DNA of 64,000 nt from an uncultured Pelagibacteraceae bacterium (lineage in GTDB: Bacteria; Pseudomonadota; Alphaproteobacteria; Pelagibacterales; AG-422-B15): contig CACNSH010000001.1 in the NCBI GenBank assembly GCA_902622985.1, positions 64,036-128,035 of the forward strand. Reading direction: 5' to 3'. Shown in pieces: positions 20,380 to 29,899 of the stretch. A program made the translations under genes and the position numbers. The notes below the pieces were generated by a model. That model searched no databases. It had not been told where the DNA came from and saw only the letters and a list, made by a program, of their open reading frames with translations. The first letter of the stretch is position 1. Each line of letters opens with the position of its first letter.

Positions 20380-20688
20380 TTTAAGTCCAAATCTACTTAA
20401 AAATTTTTTTTCAAATGACCAAAAATATTGAAATTGTCCAAATGGCAGTGCAACAAGTAGCAGTAATATTTGATAGATTACAAAAAGCAATATTATTCTA
20501 AGCGGCCAAAAAATTATTGGATTTAAATTCTCTTCCTGAAGACCAATTAATTGAAATAATTCGACAGTGATATAAAGCGACAATGAGCCTGTAATCGCAA
20601 AAATAATCATGATTACGATAAATTGAGAAAAACTATGAATATTAAGCCGTCTCATCATTATTGAAATTATATTCATAAAATTTAACAA
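20374..20688 (-). CDS. Small hydrophobic membrane protein, function unknown
   Basis: About 104 aa with 2-3 predicted TM helices and several candidate Met starts. No recognisable catalytic motif. Confidence 0.4.
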   Translation of the reverse strand: MLNFMNIISIMMRRLNIHSFSQFIVIMIIFAITGSLSLYITVELFQLIGLQEENLNPIIFWPLRIILLFVIYQILLLLVALPFGQFQYFWSFEKKFLSRFGLKL

Positions 20689-20745
20689 TTAACTGTTGAT
20701 CAATAATATTATATAGGATATCTACTCACAAAAAATAGAACATAT

Positions 20746-20964
20746 ATGAAAAAAGATAAACATCCTGATTACCATAAAATTACAGTCGTAATGACAGACG
20801 GTACAAAATTTGAGACTATGTCTACATGGGGAAAAGAAGGTGATACAATGTCTCTAGATATTGATCCCCTATCCCACCCGGCTTGGACTGGGGGGCAGCA
20901 AAAAATTCAGGATAAAGGCCAAGTTAGTCGTTTCAAAAAAAGGTTCAGTAACCTCAAGACATAA
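20746..20964 (+). CDS. rpmE: 50S ribosomal protein L31
   Basis: [29 protein letters not shown]...HPAWTGG. No CxxC zinc motif. Confidence 0.92.
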   Translation: MKKDKHPDYHKITVVMTDGTKFETMSTWGKEGDTMSLDIDPLSHPAWTGGQQKIQDKGQVSRFKKRFSNLKT

Positions 20965-21095
20965 TCCAAATTTCTAGTATTGAAAATTTATCATTAGTCA
21001 CAACATATAAGGTGTTGATGGCATTCTGCGTCAGCAAACAAAGCTTAGCTCTTAAAGAGTAAGCAAATTTTTAATCGCTTAAGGAGGATTAAATT

Positions 21096-21524
21096 ATGAC
21101 TACATTTGACTTATCACCATTACTACGCTCTAGTGTTGGTTTCGATGCATTTGATAATATTTTTGACTCGGTTTTTAATTTAAATGAGTCCAGTGGAGCT
21201 TATCCACCATATAATATTGTTAAATCAGGCAATAATTACACTATAACAGTAGCTGTAGCTGGTTTTTCAAAATCAGATTTAGATATATCTGTACAGGAAA
21301 ATGAGTTAGTTATTAAAGGATCAACTAATGACTCTAATAAGGAAATCGAATTTTTGCACAGAGGTATAGCAGGTAGAAATTTTGAAAGAAAATTTAGATT
21401 AGCTGATACCATAAAAGTTACTGATGCAAATTACGAAAATGGGTTACTTCACATTTTTCTTGAAAGAGAAATACCAGAACATCAAAAACCTAGAAAAATT
21501 GAAATTAATTCAAAAATTAACTAA
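21096..21524 (+). CDS. ibpA: Small heat shock protein (Hsp20/IbpA family)
   Basis: Alpha-crystallin domain (PPYNIVKSGNNYTITVAVAGFSKSDLDISV..., GLLHIFLERE). Perfect AAGGAGG Shine-Dalgarno at 21081-21087. Confidence 0.9.
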   Translation: MTTFDLSPLLRSSVGFDAFDNIFDSVFNLNESSGAYPPYNIVKSGNNYTITVAVAGFSKSDLDISVQENELVIKGSTNDSNKEIEFLHRGIAGRNFERKFRLADTIKVTDANYENGLLHIFLEREIPEHQKPRKIEINSKIN

Positions 21525-21546
21525 ATAGAATTAGGAGTCACTTTAA

Positions 21547-22542
21547 ATGGTGGCTCCTAAGATTAAAATGAAAGCAATATTACACAAAGAATTTGGTGGA
21601 CCAGAGGTTTTAGGAGTAACTAATGATGTTGAGATACCTCAAATAGAAAAACATGAAGTTTTGATTCAAGTTCACGCGGCAGGTATAAATCGACCAGACA
21701 TTCTTCAACGATCTGGTGGTTATCCACCACCACCCGGTGCATCAGAAATTTTGGGCTTAGAAGTTTCAGGGGAAATTGTCGATGTTGGTGAAGATGTAAA
21801 TAAAAATTTGCTCAACACAAAAGTCTGTGCACTTGTACCTGGCGGAGGTTACGCAGAATTTGTAAAATGTCATACATCAACAATTCTTCCTATACCTAAA
21901 GGCATTTCAATTATTGATGCTTGCACAATTCCCGAAACATTTTTTACAGTTTGGACAAATCTATTTGATCAAGCAAAGCTAAAACAAGGTGAGACATTGT
22001 TAATTCATGGTGGTGCTAGTGGTATAGGTTTGACTGCTATTTCTATTGCATTAGCCATGCAAATTAAATGCATAGCAACCGTAGGATCAGACGAAAAATA
22101 TAAATATTTGAAGGATTTGGGATTAGAAAGAGTAATTAATTACAATCTTGAGGATTTTGAAAGCATAATTAAAAATGAATATAAAGGAGTTGATGTAATA
22201 CTAGACATGGTAGGTGGGGATTATTTTCAAAAAAATATTAATGTCCTAAATAGACTTGGAAGGCTTCTGAATATCGCATACCTAAAGGGATCTAAAGTAG
22301 AAGTAAACTTACTGCCAATTATGTTGAAGCGATTAACAGTTTCTGGCTCAACGTTAAGAATAAGAAGTAATGATGAAAAGAAACTCATTGCCGATAATCT
22401 TAAGAAACATATTTGGCCATTAATTGAAAATGGCAATATTAAATTGCATATTGACCAAAAATTTGATTATGAGAATATTCAAAAAGCACATCAATACATG
22501 GAAAATAATAAGAATATTGGCAAATTGCTGATTAAATTTTAG
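21547..22542 (+). CDS. qor: NAD(P)H:quinone oxidoreductase (MDR, PIG3/Qor-type)
   Basis: GINRPDILQRSGGYPPPPGASEILGLEVSGE and nucleotide motif IHGGASGIG. Confidence 0.85.
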   Translation: MVAPKIKMKAILHKEFGGPEVLGVTNDVEIPQIEKHEVLIQVHAAGINRPDILQRSGGYPPPPGASEILGLEVSGEIVDVGEDVNKNLLNTKVCALVPGGGYAEFVKCHTSTILPIPKGISIIDACTIPETFFTVWTNLFDQAKLKQGETLLIHGGASGIGLTAISIALAMQIKCIATVGSDEKYKYLKDLGLERVINYNLEDFESIIKNEYKGVDVILDMVGGDYFQKNINVLNRLGRLLNIAYLKGSKVEVNLLPIMLKRLTVSGSTLRIRSNDEKKLIADNLKKHIWPLIENGNIKLHIDQKFDYENIQKAHQYMENNKNIGKLLIKF

Positions 22543-22596
22543 GATATCCTTTGAAAAACTCTAAAATTAACTTATAAGAAGCACTCTATAATTATT

Positions 22597-23238
22597 ATGA
22601 AAACAGCAAAATTACCATTAATGCCAAAAGCCACTGCAATATGGCTTGTTGATAATACCTCTTTGTCATTCAGGCAGATAGGTGATTTCTGTGGTATGCA
22701 TGAATTAGAAATTAAAGGCATAGCTGATGGTGAAGTCGGTGTGGGAATTAAAGGGTTAAATCCTATAACCAGTGGTCAATTAACAAAAGATGAAATCGAT
22801 AGATGTGTGGATAATGAAGATGAGTCACTGATGATTATTGAAAATGAAATCTCTGAAAAGACTGAGCAATCAAAAAAGAAAAAAAAATATACTCCTCTTT
22901 CAAAAAGACAGGATAGGCCAGACGCAGTTTATTGGTTGATAAGAAATCACCCCGAACTAAAGGACTCACAGGTTGCAAGACTGGTTGGCAGTACAAAAAA
23001 TACAATTGATGCTATTAGAAAAAGAACTCATTGGAACATGGCAAATATCCGTCCACAAGATCCAATTGGACTTGGAATTTGTAGGCAAGTTGAATTAGAT
23101 GAGGCTTTAGCTAAAGCTGAAAGATCAATGAAAAGAGCTCAAAAGAAAAAAGAAAAAGAAGAGAGATTGAGACTGCAAGAAGCAGATGAAAAAGTTTCAG
23201 ACATAAATGAGTCAGAAACTTCTGCTATCGATGGATAA
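22597..23238 (+). CDS. DUF1013-family protein (alphaproteobacterial TrcR-like)
   Basis: N-terminus [42 protein letters not shown] is characteristic of DUF1013 as I recall it. Lys/Glu-rich tail. Confidence 0.7.
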   Translation: MKTAKLPLMPKATAIWLVDNTSLSFRQIGDFCGMHELEIKGIADGEVGVGIKGLNPITSGQLTKDEIDRCVDNEDESLMIIENEISEKTEQSKKKKKYTPLSKRQDRPDAVYWLIRNHPELKDSQVARLVGSTKNTIDAIRKRTHWNMANIRPQDPIGLGICRQVELDEALAKAERSMKRAQKKKEKEERLRLQEADEKVSDINESETSAIDG

Positions 23239-23249
23239 TAAATAATAAA

Positions 23250-23735
23250 ATGAAAAATCCTTCACTGGTAAGCATCATTATGGGCAGCCAATCTGATTGG
23301 CCCACAATGAAGCATGCTTCAAAAATTTTAAAATTATTTAATATAAAACACGAAGTAAAAATTATTTCTGCCCATAGAACACCTAAAAGAATGTTTGAAT
23401 ATGCTGAAAAAGCAGAACAAAGGGGAATAGAAATAATAATTGCAGGCGCTGGTGGAGCAGCTCATTTACCTGGGATGACAGCCTCTATTTCAAATATTCC
23501 TGTACTAGGTGTTCCAATTGAGTCAAAAAAACTAAAAGGCTTAGATAGTTTACTATCGATTGCTCAAATGCCAGCAGGCGTTCCAGTTGGAACACTTGCT
23601 GTTGGAGAAGCTGGAGCAAAAAATGCAGCATTGCTCGCAGTATCAATTTTAAGCAGCAATAACAATAAACTGAAAAAGAAATATGCTTCATGGAGATCAA
23701 AACAAACTAAGTCAGTAAAAAATATACCCAAATAA
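23250..23735 (+). CDS. purE: N5-carboxyaminoimidazole ribonucleotide mutase
   Basis: [25 protein letters not shown] motifs. Confidence 0.95.
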   Translation: MKNPSLVSIIMGSQSDWPTMKHASKILKLFNIKHEVKIISAHRTPKRMFEYAEKAEQRGIEIIIAGAGGAAHLPGMTASISNIPVLGVPIESKKLKGLDSLLSIAQMPAGVPVGTLAVGEAGAKNAALLAVSILSSNNNKLKKKYASWRSKQTKSVKNIPK

Positions 23736-24811
23736 TGAAAGCTGAAGTTTCCACTATAGGCATAATTGGTGGTGGTCAACTTGGTATGTTTTTAGCTCAA
23801 GCTTGTCAAAAAATTGGGCTTATTACACATATCTATTCTGATACAGATGATGCCCCTGCAAAAAAATATGCTAATAAAATTATTTATGGTTCTTTTAATG
23901 ACCATAAGAAGTTAAATGAATTTAGGAAAAATGTTGATTTGTTAACCTATGAATTTGAAAATGTTGCTATAAAAACACTAAAACAAATCAATAAACAAAT
24001 GAAAATATACCCACCGATTTCGGCTTTAGAAATAAGTCAAGATAGGAAAAAAGAAAAATTATTTTTTTCAAAGAATAATATTAAACATGCTGGACTTTTT
24101 TTTATTAATGAGAGAACAAATTTAAACAGGCTTAAAAATAAAATAAATTTTCCGGTTATATTAAAAACATGTAGATTTGGTTATGACGGAAAAGGTCAAT
24201 ACAAAGTAAAAAATTTTTCTGACTTAAAAAATAAATGGAAAAAGCTTGATTATCAATCGTGCGTAATTGAGAAGGTGATAAAGTTTGATAGAGAATTATC
24301 TGTCATTTGCTCAAGAAACATAAAAAAAAATATATATTTTTATCCACCATTTGAGAACATTCACAAAAACCATATTTTATTTGAAACAATATCTCCATCA
24401 CAAATAGATGATAAGATAAATAAACAGCTAATAATAATATCAAAAAAGATTTTAAATAAGCTTAATTACATTGGCTTACTCACAATAGAATTCTTTTTAG
24501 ATGATGAAAATAATATCTATGTGAACGAAATTGCACCGAGAGTTCACAATTCAGGCCATATAACACTTGATAATGCGAATATGAGTCAATTCGAATTGCA
24601 TATAAAAGCAATCACAAAAGATAAAATTAAAACCCCAAAAATTATTAAAAAAGGTCTTATGAGAAATCTTATTGGCAATGAGATCAAAAGAACCAAACAA
24701 ATAAGTAAATTAAAAAGGTATAAGGTTTACAAAAAAAAGAAGGTATACGACTATAGTAAAAAAACAATTAAACAAGGCCGTAAAATGGGTCATATTAATT
24801 TTATTAAGTAA
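23735..24811 (+). CDS. purK: N5-carboxyaminoimidazole ribonucleotide synthase (ATP-grasp)
   Basis: IGIIGGGQLG, GYDGKGQ, VNEIAPRVHNSGH, GRKMGHI motifs. Follows purE with a 1-nt overlap. Confidence 0.9.
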   Translation: MKAEVSTIGIIGGGQLGMFLAQACQKIGLITHIYSDTDDAPAKKYANKIIYGSFNDHKKLNEFRKNVDLLTYEFENVAIKTLKQINKQMKIYPPISALEISQDRKKEKLFFSKNNIKHAGLFFINERTNLNRLKNKINFPVILKTCRFGYDGKGQYKVKNFSDLKNKWKKLDYQSCVIEKVIKFDRELSVICSRNIKKNIYFYPPFENIHKNHILFETISPSQIDDKINKQLIIISKKILNKLNYIGLLTIEFFLDDENNIYVNEIAPRVHNSGHITLDNANMSQFELHIKAITKDKIKTPKIIKKGLMRNLIGNEIKRTKQISKLKRYKVYKKKKVYDYSKKTIKQGRKMGHINFIK

Positions 24812-24899
24812 ATCAAATTTTTTTCTTTTATGTAGACAAGCGTGTATCCAAGTGCTAAAAACCTTCAAATTTTAACTTGCTCTTAAGGAGGGCAGAACA

Positions 24900-25097
24900 A
24901 TAGTCGAAGTAAGTGTAAAAGATAACAATGTGGAGGGAGCTCTTCGCATTCTTAAAAAAAAGATGCAAAGAGAAGGCATTTTTAAAGAAATGAAGATGAG
25001 AACTTACTTTGAAAAACCTAGTCAAAAAAAACTAAGAGAGAAGGCTGAAAATATTCGTCGCTCACGTAAAATGGCTAGAAGAAAAATTTATAGCTGA
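24900..25097 (+). CDS. rpsU: 30S ribosomal protein S21 (apparent ATA start)
   Basis: Hand translation gives (I/M)[64 protein letters not shown]. There is no in-frame ATG/GTG/TTG between the upstream TAA (24873) and the conserved N-terminus. AAGGAGG at 24885-24891 lies 8 nt before ATA at 24900. Missed by the ORF track. Confidence 0.8.
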   Translation: MVEVSVKDNNVEGALRILKKKMQREGIFKEMKMRTYFEKPSQKKLREKAENIRRSRKMARRKIYS

Positions 25098-25105
25098 GTA
25101 AATCT

Positions 25106-26503
25106 TTATAAAGCTTTAACAATACCCTCAACCATTTTTTTTGCATCCGAAAATAACATCATAGTATTATCACGATAGAATAATTCATTATCAATACCTG
25201 CATAACCGAGACCTCGTCCTCTTTTAACAAACAGAACTGTACTGGCTTTTTCTACATCAAGAATAGGCATTCCATAAATTGGTGATGCAGGATCTGTTTT
25301 TGCTATAGGATTCGTTACATCATTTGCTCCAATAACAAAAGCAACATCAGCTTGTGAGAATTCAGAATTAATATCCTCAAGTTCAAAAACCTCATCATAA
25401 GGAACATTTGCTTCAGCCAACAATACATTCATGTGTCCTGGCATTCTTCCCGCAACAGGGTGAATTGCAAATGTGACCTTTACACCATTTGATTTTAGTG
25501 CATCTGTCATTTCTTTAAGTGCATGCTGAGCTTGTGCTACCGCCATTCCATATCCAGGAACAATAATAACTGAACCTGCATTCTTCATAATAAATGCAGC
25601 ATCATCAGCACTACCTTCTTTAACAGGTCTTTGCTCCACATCTCTAGAAACCGCAGCGTCCTCTGCCCCAAATCCACCTAGAATAACACTGATGAATGAT
25701 CTGTTCATAGCAGCACACATTATGTATGATAAAATTGCTCCAGATGATCCAACTAAAGCACCAGTGATGATCAGTGCAGTGTTTCCAAGAGTAAAACCAA
25801 TTCCAGCTGCAGCCCATCCAGAATAAGAGTTTAACATTGATACAACAACAGGCATATCAGCCCCACCAATAGGAATAATAATTAAAAATCCAATCAGAAA
25901 TGAGAGTGCGATAATTGCTAAATAAACATTTTGATCCTGATTAAAACAAAAATAAACAATACCTGCGATTATAATCAAACCAATTAATAAATTTACAAGG
26001 TGTTGACCCTTAAATACAATTGGTGAGCCTGACATAATGCCTTGCAATTTACCAAATGCAATTACTGAGCCAGAAAAAGTAATAGCACCAATCACAGCAC
26101 CAAGAGACATTTCTACTAAACTTAAAGTTTTAATTTTTCCAAAAGTCCCAATATTAAAAGCTTCGGGTGCATAAAACGCGGCTAATGCAACGAATACTGC
26201 TGCAAGTCCCACTAAACTGTGAAAAGCAGCAACGAGTTGCGGCATCGCAGTCATTGCAATTTTCCTAGCGATCACTGAACCAATTAATCCACCAATAACT
26301 ATTGCAATTAGTACCAATCCTACAGTTTGAATATTAGACGTAAAAAAATTAACAGAGATTAATGTGGCGAGCACAGCAATTAGCATACCAAGCATGCCAA
26401 AAATATTACCTCTTCGAGAACTTTCTGGTGAAGATAGGCCTCTTAAAGCAATGATAAAGAATATTCCTGATATAACGTAAGCAACTGCTACAAGATTGTG
26501 CAT
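25106..26503 (-). CDS. pntB: NAD(P) transhydrogenase subunit beta
   Basis: Polytopic N-half plus dIII NADP(H) domain (VPGYGMAVAQAQH, HPVAGRMPGHMNVLLAEA, GANDVTNP). Confidence 0.95.
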   Translation of the reverse strand: MHNLVAVAYVISGIFFIIALRGLSSPESSRRGNIFGMLGMLIAVLATLISVNFFTSNIQTVGLVLIAIVIGGLIGSVIARKIAMTAMPQLVAAFHSLVGLAAVFVALAAFYAPEAFNIGTFGKIKTLSLVEMSLGAVIGAITFSGSVIAFGKLQGIMSGSPIVFKGQHLVNLLIGLIIIAGIVYFCFNQDQNVYLAIIALSFLIGFLIIIPIGGADMPVVVSMLNSYSGWAAAGIGFTLGNTALIITGALVGSSGAILSYIMCAAMNRSFISVILGGFGAEDAAVSRDVEQRPVKEGSADDAAFIMKNAGSVIIVPGYGMAVAQAQHALKEMTDALKSNGVKVTFAIHPVAGRMPGHMNVLLAEANVPYDEVFELEDINSEFSQADVAFVIGANDVTNPIAKTDPASPIYGMPILDVEKASTVLFVKRGRGLGYAGIDNELFYRDNTMMLFSDAKKMVEGIVKAL

Positions 26504-26826
26504 TATTTTTTATCCTGATTCTTCGGTTTCTTTTTATACATTGCTAACATTCTTTGTGTTACTAAGAATCCACCAAATATATTTACTGCGGCTAGCAAAA
26601 CAGCTACAAATCCAAAACTTTTGGATAAAATTCCCAGAAATGTCTGATCAGTGCTTGAGACAAGAGCAAATAACCCGCCAACAATTATTACTGACGAAAT
26701 CGCATTAGTAACAGCCATTAAAGGAGTATGTAAGGCAGGTGTCACACTCCAAACTACATAATAACCCACAAAAATTGATAACACAAAAATGGTTAGTCTA
26801 AATATATTTGGATCAATTGCTTCCAT
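26503..26826 (-). CDS. pntAB: NAD(P) transhydrogenase subunit alpha part 2
   Basis: About 100-aa, 3-4 TM protein (HTPLMAVTNAISS...) between pntAA and pntB, with 1-nt overlaps on both sides. Confidence 0.9.
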   Translation of the reverse strand: MEAIDPNIFRLTIFVLSIFVGYYVVWSVTPALHTPLMAVTNAISSVIIVGGLFALVSSTDQTFLGILSKSFGFVAVLLAAVNIFGGFLVTQRMLAMYKKKPKNQDKK

Positions 26827-27947
26827 TAGCTAAGCTCCTTATGAACGATTTCATTATTTTTTGTTACAAGTATTCCTTGAATAATCTCATCATCCCAATC
26901 AATACTTAGAGACTTGGACTCGCTGTCGATTAATAATGTTAAAAAATTAAGTATATTTTTTGAAAATAGCGCTGAAGCATCTTCAGAAATTGTTGATGTT
27001 ATATCTTTTGAACCAACTACGTGCACACCTCCAACCTCCTTAGTCTCACCAGCTACAGAGCACTCGCAATTTCCACCGCTTTCGGCTGCAAGATCAATTA
27101 TTATTGATCCGGGTTTCATTGATCTAACCTGTTCCTCTGAAATAAGTGTTGGGGCTTTCTTTCCAGGAATAAGTGCTGTACATATTGCAATATCTTGAGT
27201 TGCTAAGGTATCTGAAATTAGCTTTGCCTGCTTAGTTTTGAATTCATCACTCATTTCTTTTGCATAACCCCCAGATGTTTCTGCGTCCTGGATCTCATCG
27301 TCCTCAACCATAACAAATTTACCACCTAAACTCTCGACTTGTTCTTTTGCTGCCATTCTTACGTCAGTTGCGGAAACGATTGCTCCAAGTCTCTTTGCGG
27401 TAGCAATAGCCTGTAAACCAGCAACACCAGCACCAAATACCATTACTTTTGCTGGTGCGATTGTGCCAGCAGCCGTCATCATCATTGGCATTGCTTTGTT
27501 AAATAAATAGGTCGCGTCAATCACAGCCTTGTACCCAGCTAAGTTAGATTGGGAAGAGAGTATATCCATTGATTGGGCTCTTGTTATTCTTGGCATTAAT
27601 TCCATTGCAAAAGATGTTACACCCTTATCCCTTAGTTTATTTAGAGTCTCCTTACTGTTATATGGATCCAGAGATCCAATAAATAGGGAGCCCTCTTTCA
27701 TTGATGAAATTTCCTCATCGGTTGGCTTATTAACTTTTATAATTATGTCTGCATTTGAAATTTCGGAGGTATTATCAAAGATTTCAGCCCCATTTGCTTT
27801 ATAACTTTCGTCAGAAAAGTTTGAATTTTGACCAGCGGTTGTTTGTAAGTTCACAGAAATGCCTAATTCAACCATTTTTTTTACACTTTCAGGTGAAGCC
27901 GATACACGTAATTCCGTTTCACTTTCCTTTAAAATGTAAGCACGCAT
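26826..27947 (-). CDS. pntAA: NAD(P) transhydrogenase subunit alpha part 1
   Basis: Alanine-dehydrogenase/PNT domain, NAD motif VMVFGAGVAGLQAIATAKRLGA. Start set at MRAYILKE (ATG 27947). The 23-codon upstream extension in the ORF track (to 28016) overlaps a better-supported small membrane ORF in another frame. Confidence 0.9.
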   Translation of the reverse strand: MRAYILKESETELRVSASPESVKKMVELGISVNLQTTAGQNSNFSDESYKANGAEIFDNTSEISNADIIIKVNKPTDEEISSMKEGSLFIGSLDPYNSKETLNKLRDKGVTSFAMELMPRITRAQSMDILSSQSNLAGYKAVIDATYLFNKAMPMMMTAAGTIAPAKVMVFGAGVAGLQAIATAKRLGAIVSATDVRMAAKEQVESLGGKFVMVEDDEIQDAETSGGYAKEMSDEFKTKQAKLISDTLATQDIAICTALIPGKKAPTLISEEQVRSMKPGSIIIDLAAESGGNCECSVAGETKEVGGVHVVGSKDITSTISEDASALFSKNILNFLTLLIDSESKSLSIDWDDEIIQGILVTKNNEIVHKELS

Positions 27948-27958
27948 AAGTAATATAG

Positions 27959-28069
27959 TTAGATTAAAAAAATAGCCATCAAGATCAAAACGACGACGAC
28001 ACCAACAGAACCCCATAAGATAAGCTTGCCGAAGAAACTATAAGTTCTTTTCTGTTCTGATATATCCAT
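27959..28069 (-). CDS. 36-aa single-pass membrane protein upstream of pntAA (possibly aa3-oxidase subunit IV-like, PF07835-like)
   Basis: Hand translation: MDISEQKRTYSFFGKLILWGSVGVVVVLILMAIFLI, then TAA. Ends 11 nt before the pntAA start and fills an otherwise unusual ~200-nt gap. The family assignment is from memory of similar small genes upstream of alphaproteobacterial pntA and was not verified. Confidence 0.45.
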   Translation of the reverse strand: MDISEQKRTYSFFGKLILWGSVGVVVVLILMAIFLI

Positions 28070-28158
28070 GATAAGCAGATAATATATTTCTAAATATCGA
28101 ATTTAACAGTGTTTTTTTTAGTTAATATTGGATTAAAAGTGATTGATTTATATATAGT

Positions 28159-29061
28159 TTACAGTGCTTTAGAAGGTTTGGAATGATCCCAATCAATAAT
28201 TAATGATCTTAAAGCTGAAACAAGCGCTAAAGGCTGATCTACCATAATATGATGATGAGCTTCTGGTATATTAATTATTGGTGATTTTTTATCCATTAGT
28301 TCATTCATATATTTTGCACTAAACCCAGGAAAGATAGATGATTTCTCGCCCCTGAAAACCGCAACTCTACATTTAAGACTTTTAAGTGTTTTTCTCAAAA
28401 CAGCTTGCCTATCTGCAAAATTTTCGCTTGTAAAAATATTCATATAACTTGGGTCAAACTTCCAAGTCCATCCACCTCTCACTTTTTTAATAGATTTTTC
28501 AGCTATGAAATTCATTGCATATTCAAGGGCATCACTCTGAGAAGGAACTAATCTAAAACGTTCTATGATATCTGACATTTTTTTATAAACGTTATTAGCT
28601 CTAACTTTTAAATCAAATTTAGGAGGGTTGTCAGTCGGAGGCATTATAGCTGTATCTACTATAACTAAACCATACAATTTTTTTTCCATTAAAGAGGCGG
28701 CATACACACCGCACATACCGCCAAGACTATGCCCTATAAAAATAGGTTTTTTTAATTTTTCTTTTTTACATACACCTACAATTTCTGCTCCCCAGGATTC
28801 AACTGAATATTTTTTCTTCCATTCACTATCACCCATTCCGCCTAAATTCATAGCTATAACTCTATGTGTTTTTGCAAAGTAAGGAGCAATAAAACTCCAC
28901 CATTCTGCATGCGCCATACCACCATGTATAAATATTAAGCCAGGTTTTGTTTTTTCACCCCAAGCATTATAGGCAATTTTTGTTCCTTTGATTTTCACAG
29001 ATAGCGCTTCAGGTTTGTTAGCAATTGCTTTTTCAAACCACTTTGGAGCTTCTTGATTCAT
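28159..29061 (-). CDS. Alpha/beta hydrolase fold protein
   Basis: HGG oxyanion region (IFIHGGMAH), nucleophile elbow GHSLGG, C-terminal His (EAHHHIMVDQP). Confidence 0.8.
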   Translation of the reverse strand: MNQEAPKWFEKAIANKPEALSVKIKGTKIAYNAWGEKTKPGLIFIHGGMAHAEWWSFIAPYFAKTHRVIAMNLGGMGDSEWKKKYSVESWGAEIVGVCKKEKLKKPIFIGHSLGGMCGVYAASLMEKKLYGLVIVDTAIMPPTDNPPKFDLKVRANNVYKKMSDIIERFRLVPSQSDALEYAMNFIAEKSIKKVRGGWTWKFDPSYMNIFTSENFADRQAVLRKTLKSLKCRVAVFRGEKSSIFPGFSAKYMNELMDKKSPIINIPEAHHHIMVDQPLALVSALRSLIIDWDHSKPSKAL

Positions 29062-29068
29062 CTTGTCT

Positions 29069-29767
29069 TTAGATCCTATTAATTGAATTATCTACTACTT
29101 TTTTTAACAGCTTTGAGACTCTGTGTATATTAGTTGTAGAAGAAAGTAAATCGTTTCTGACCTCAATTAGAGTATGATGTAAATTATTTTTAAGACCGTG
29201 TTTATACATTGTATCACCGATCAAATTTCCCTCATAGGGTTCATTATCACCAACTTTCAATCCTCTACGCCTCATATCAGTAATTATGCAATTACTTAAT
29301 CTTCTATCTTCATTAGATAATATGCCGAAATGAATATTTCTTTTTTTATTTTTAAAGATTGGATTAAACGAGTGAAGTGAAATTAATATAGTTATATGAT
29401 CACTCTTTATAGTTCTTTTAATATTATTGTGATATCTATTATAAACTTCTGTGATTCTAATTTTTTTTTCATTTTCACTTAAATTAATATTTTTTGGAAT
29501 TATTTTCCTATCAACAATTTCGGGAATCAACGTTGGATCTAATAAATCTCTATTTAAATCAACAATAAGTCGAGAGTATTCACCTATAATATATTTGGAT
29601 TTAAGTAGTTTGGATAAATCAATGCATAATTCTTTTACGCCTAAATCATATGCAATATGAGTATTAAATAGATTTTTATTAAGACCTAAATTATCTAATG
29701 AACCTGGTATATAGTTTGAGGCATGGTCAGCAATAATAAGAATTCTTTTTTTTTTCTTTGCAGACAA
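29069..29767 (-). CDS. N-formylglutamate amidohydrolase family protein
   Basis: ILIIADHASNYIP N-terminal motif, SLHSF and IEVRNDL motifs typical of the FGase family. Confidence 0.7.
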   Translation of the reverse strand: MSAKKKKRILIIADHASNYIPGSLDNLGLNKNLFNTHIAYDLGVKELCIDLSKLLKSKYIIGEYSRLIVDLNRDLLDPTLIPEIVDRKIIPKNINLSENEKKIRITEVYNRYHNNIKRTIKSDHITILISLHSFNPIFKNKKRNIHFGILSNEDRRLSNCIITDMRRRGLKVGDNEPYEGNLIGDTMYKHGLKNNLHHTLIEVRNDLLSSTTNIHRVSKLLKKVVDNSINRI

Positions 29768-29773
29768 ATATAT

Positions 29774-29899
29774 TTAGCCCTGTCGAGCCTTCATTCGAGG
29801 GTTTCTCTTATTAATAACGTATAAGCGACCTTTTCTTTTTATGAGTTTATTATTACGGTCTCTTGTCTTAAGGTTTTTAAGGGAGCTTCTTACTTTCAT
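29774..29899 (-). CDS. rpmJ: 50S ribosomal protein L36 (non-zinc type)
   Basis: Hand translation: [41 protein letters not shown], then TAA. Too short for the ORF track. Confidence 0.9.
   Translation of the reverse strand: MKVRSSLKNLKTRDRNNKLIKRKGRLYVINKRNPRMKARQG

Noticed and set aside
21043-21087. ROSE-type RNA thermometer in front of hsp20.
   Set aside because: The only stable hairpin I could fold ends 17 nt before the SD and does not pair with AAGGAGG. No U(U/C)GCU-type anti-SD element was seen.
27948-28016. N-terminal extension of pntAA (MGFCWCRRRFDLDGYFFNLTILL) given by the longest-ORF rule.
   Set aside because: It does not look like PntAA, which normally starts near MRAYILKE-type sequence. 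It also overlaps a tidy 36-aa TM ORF in another frame. I preferred the shorter start at 27947.
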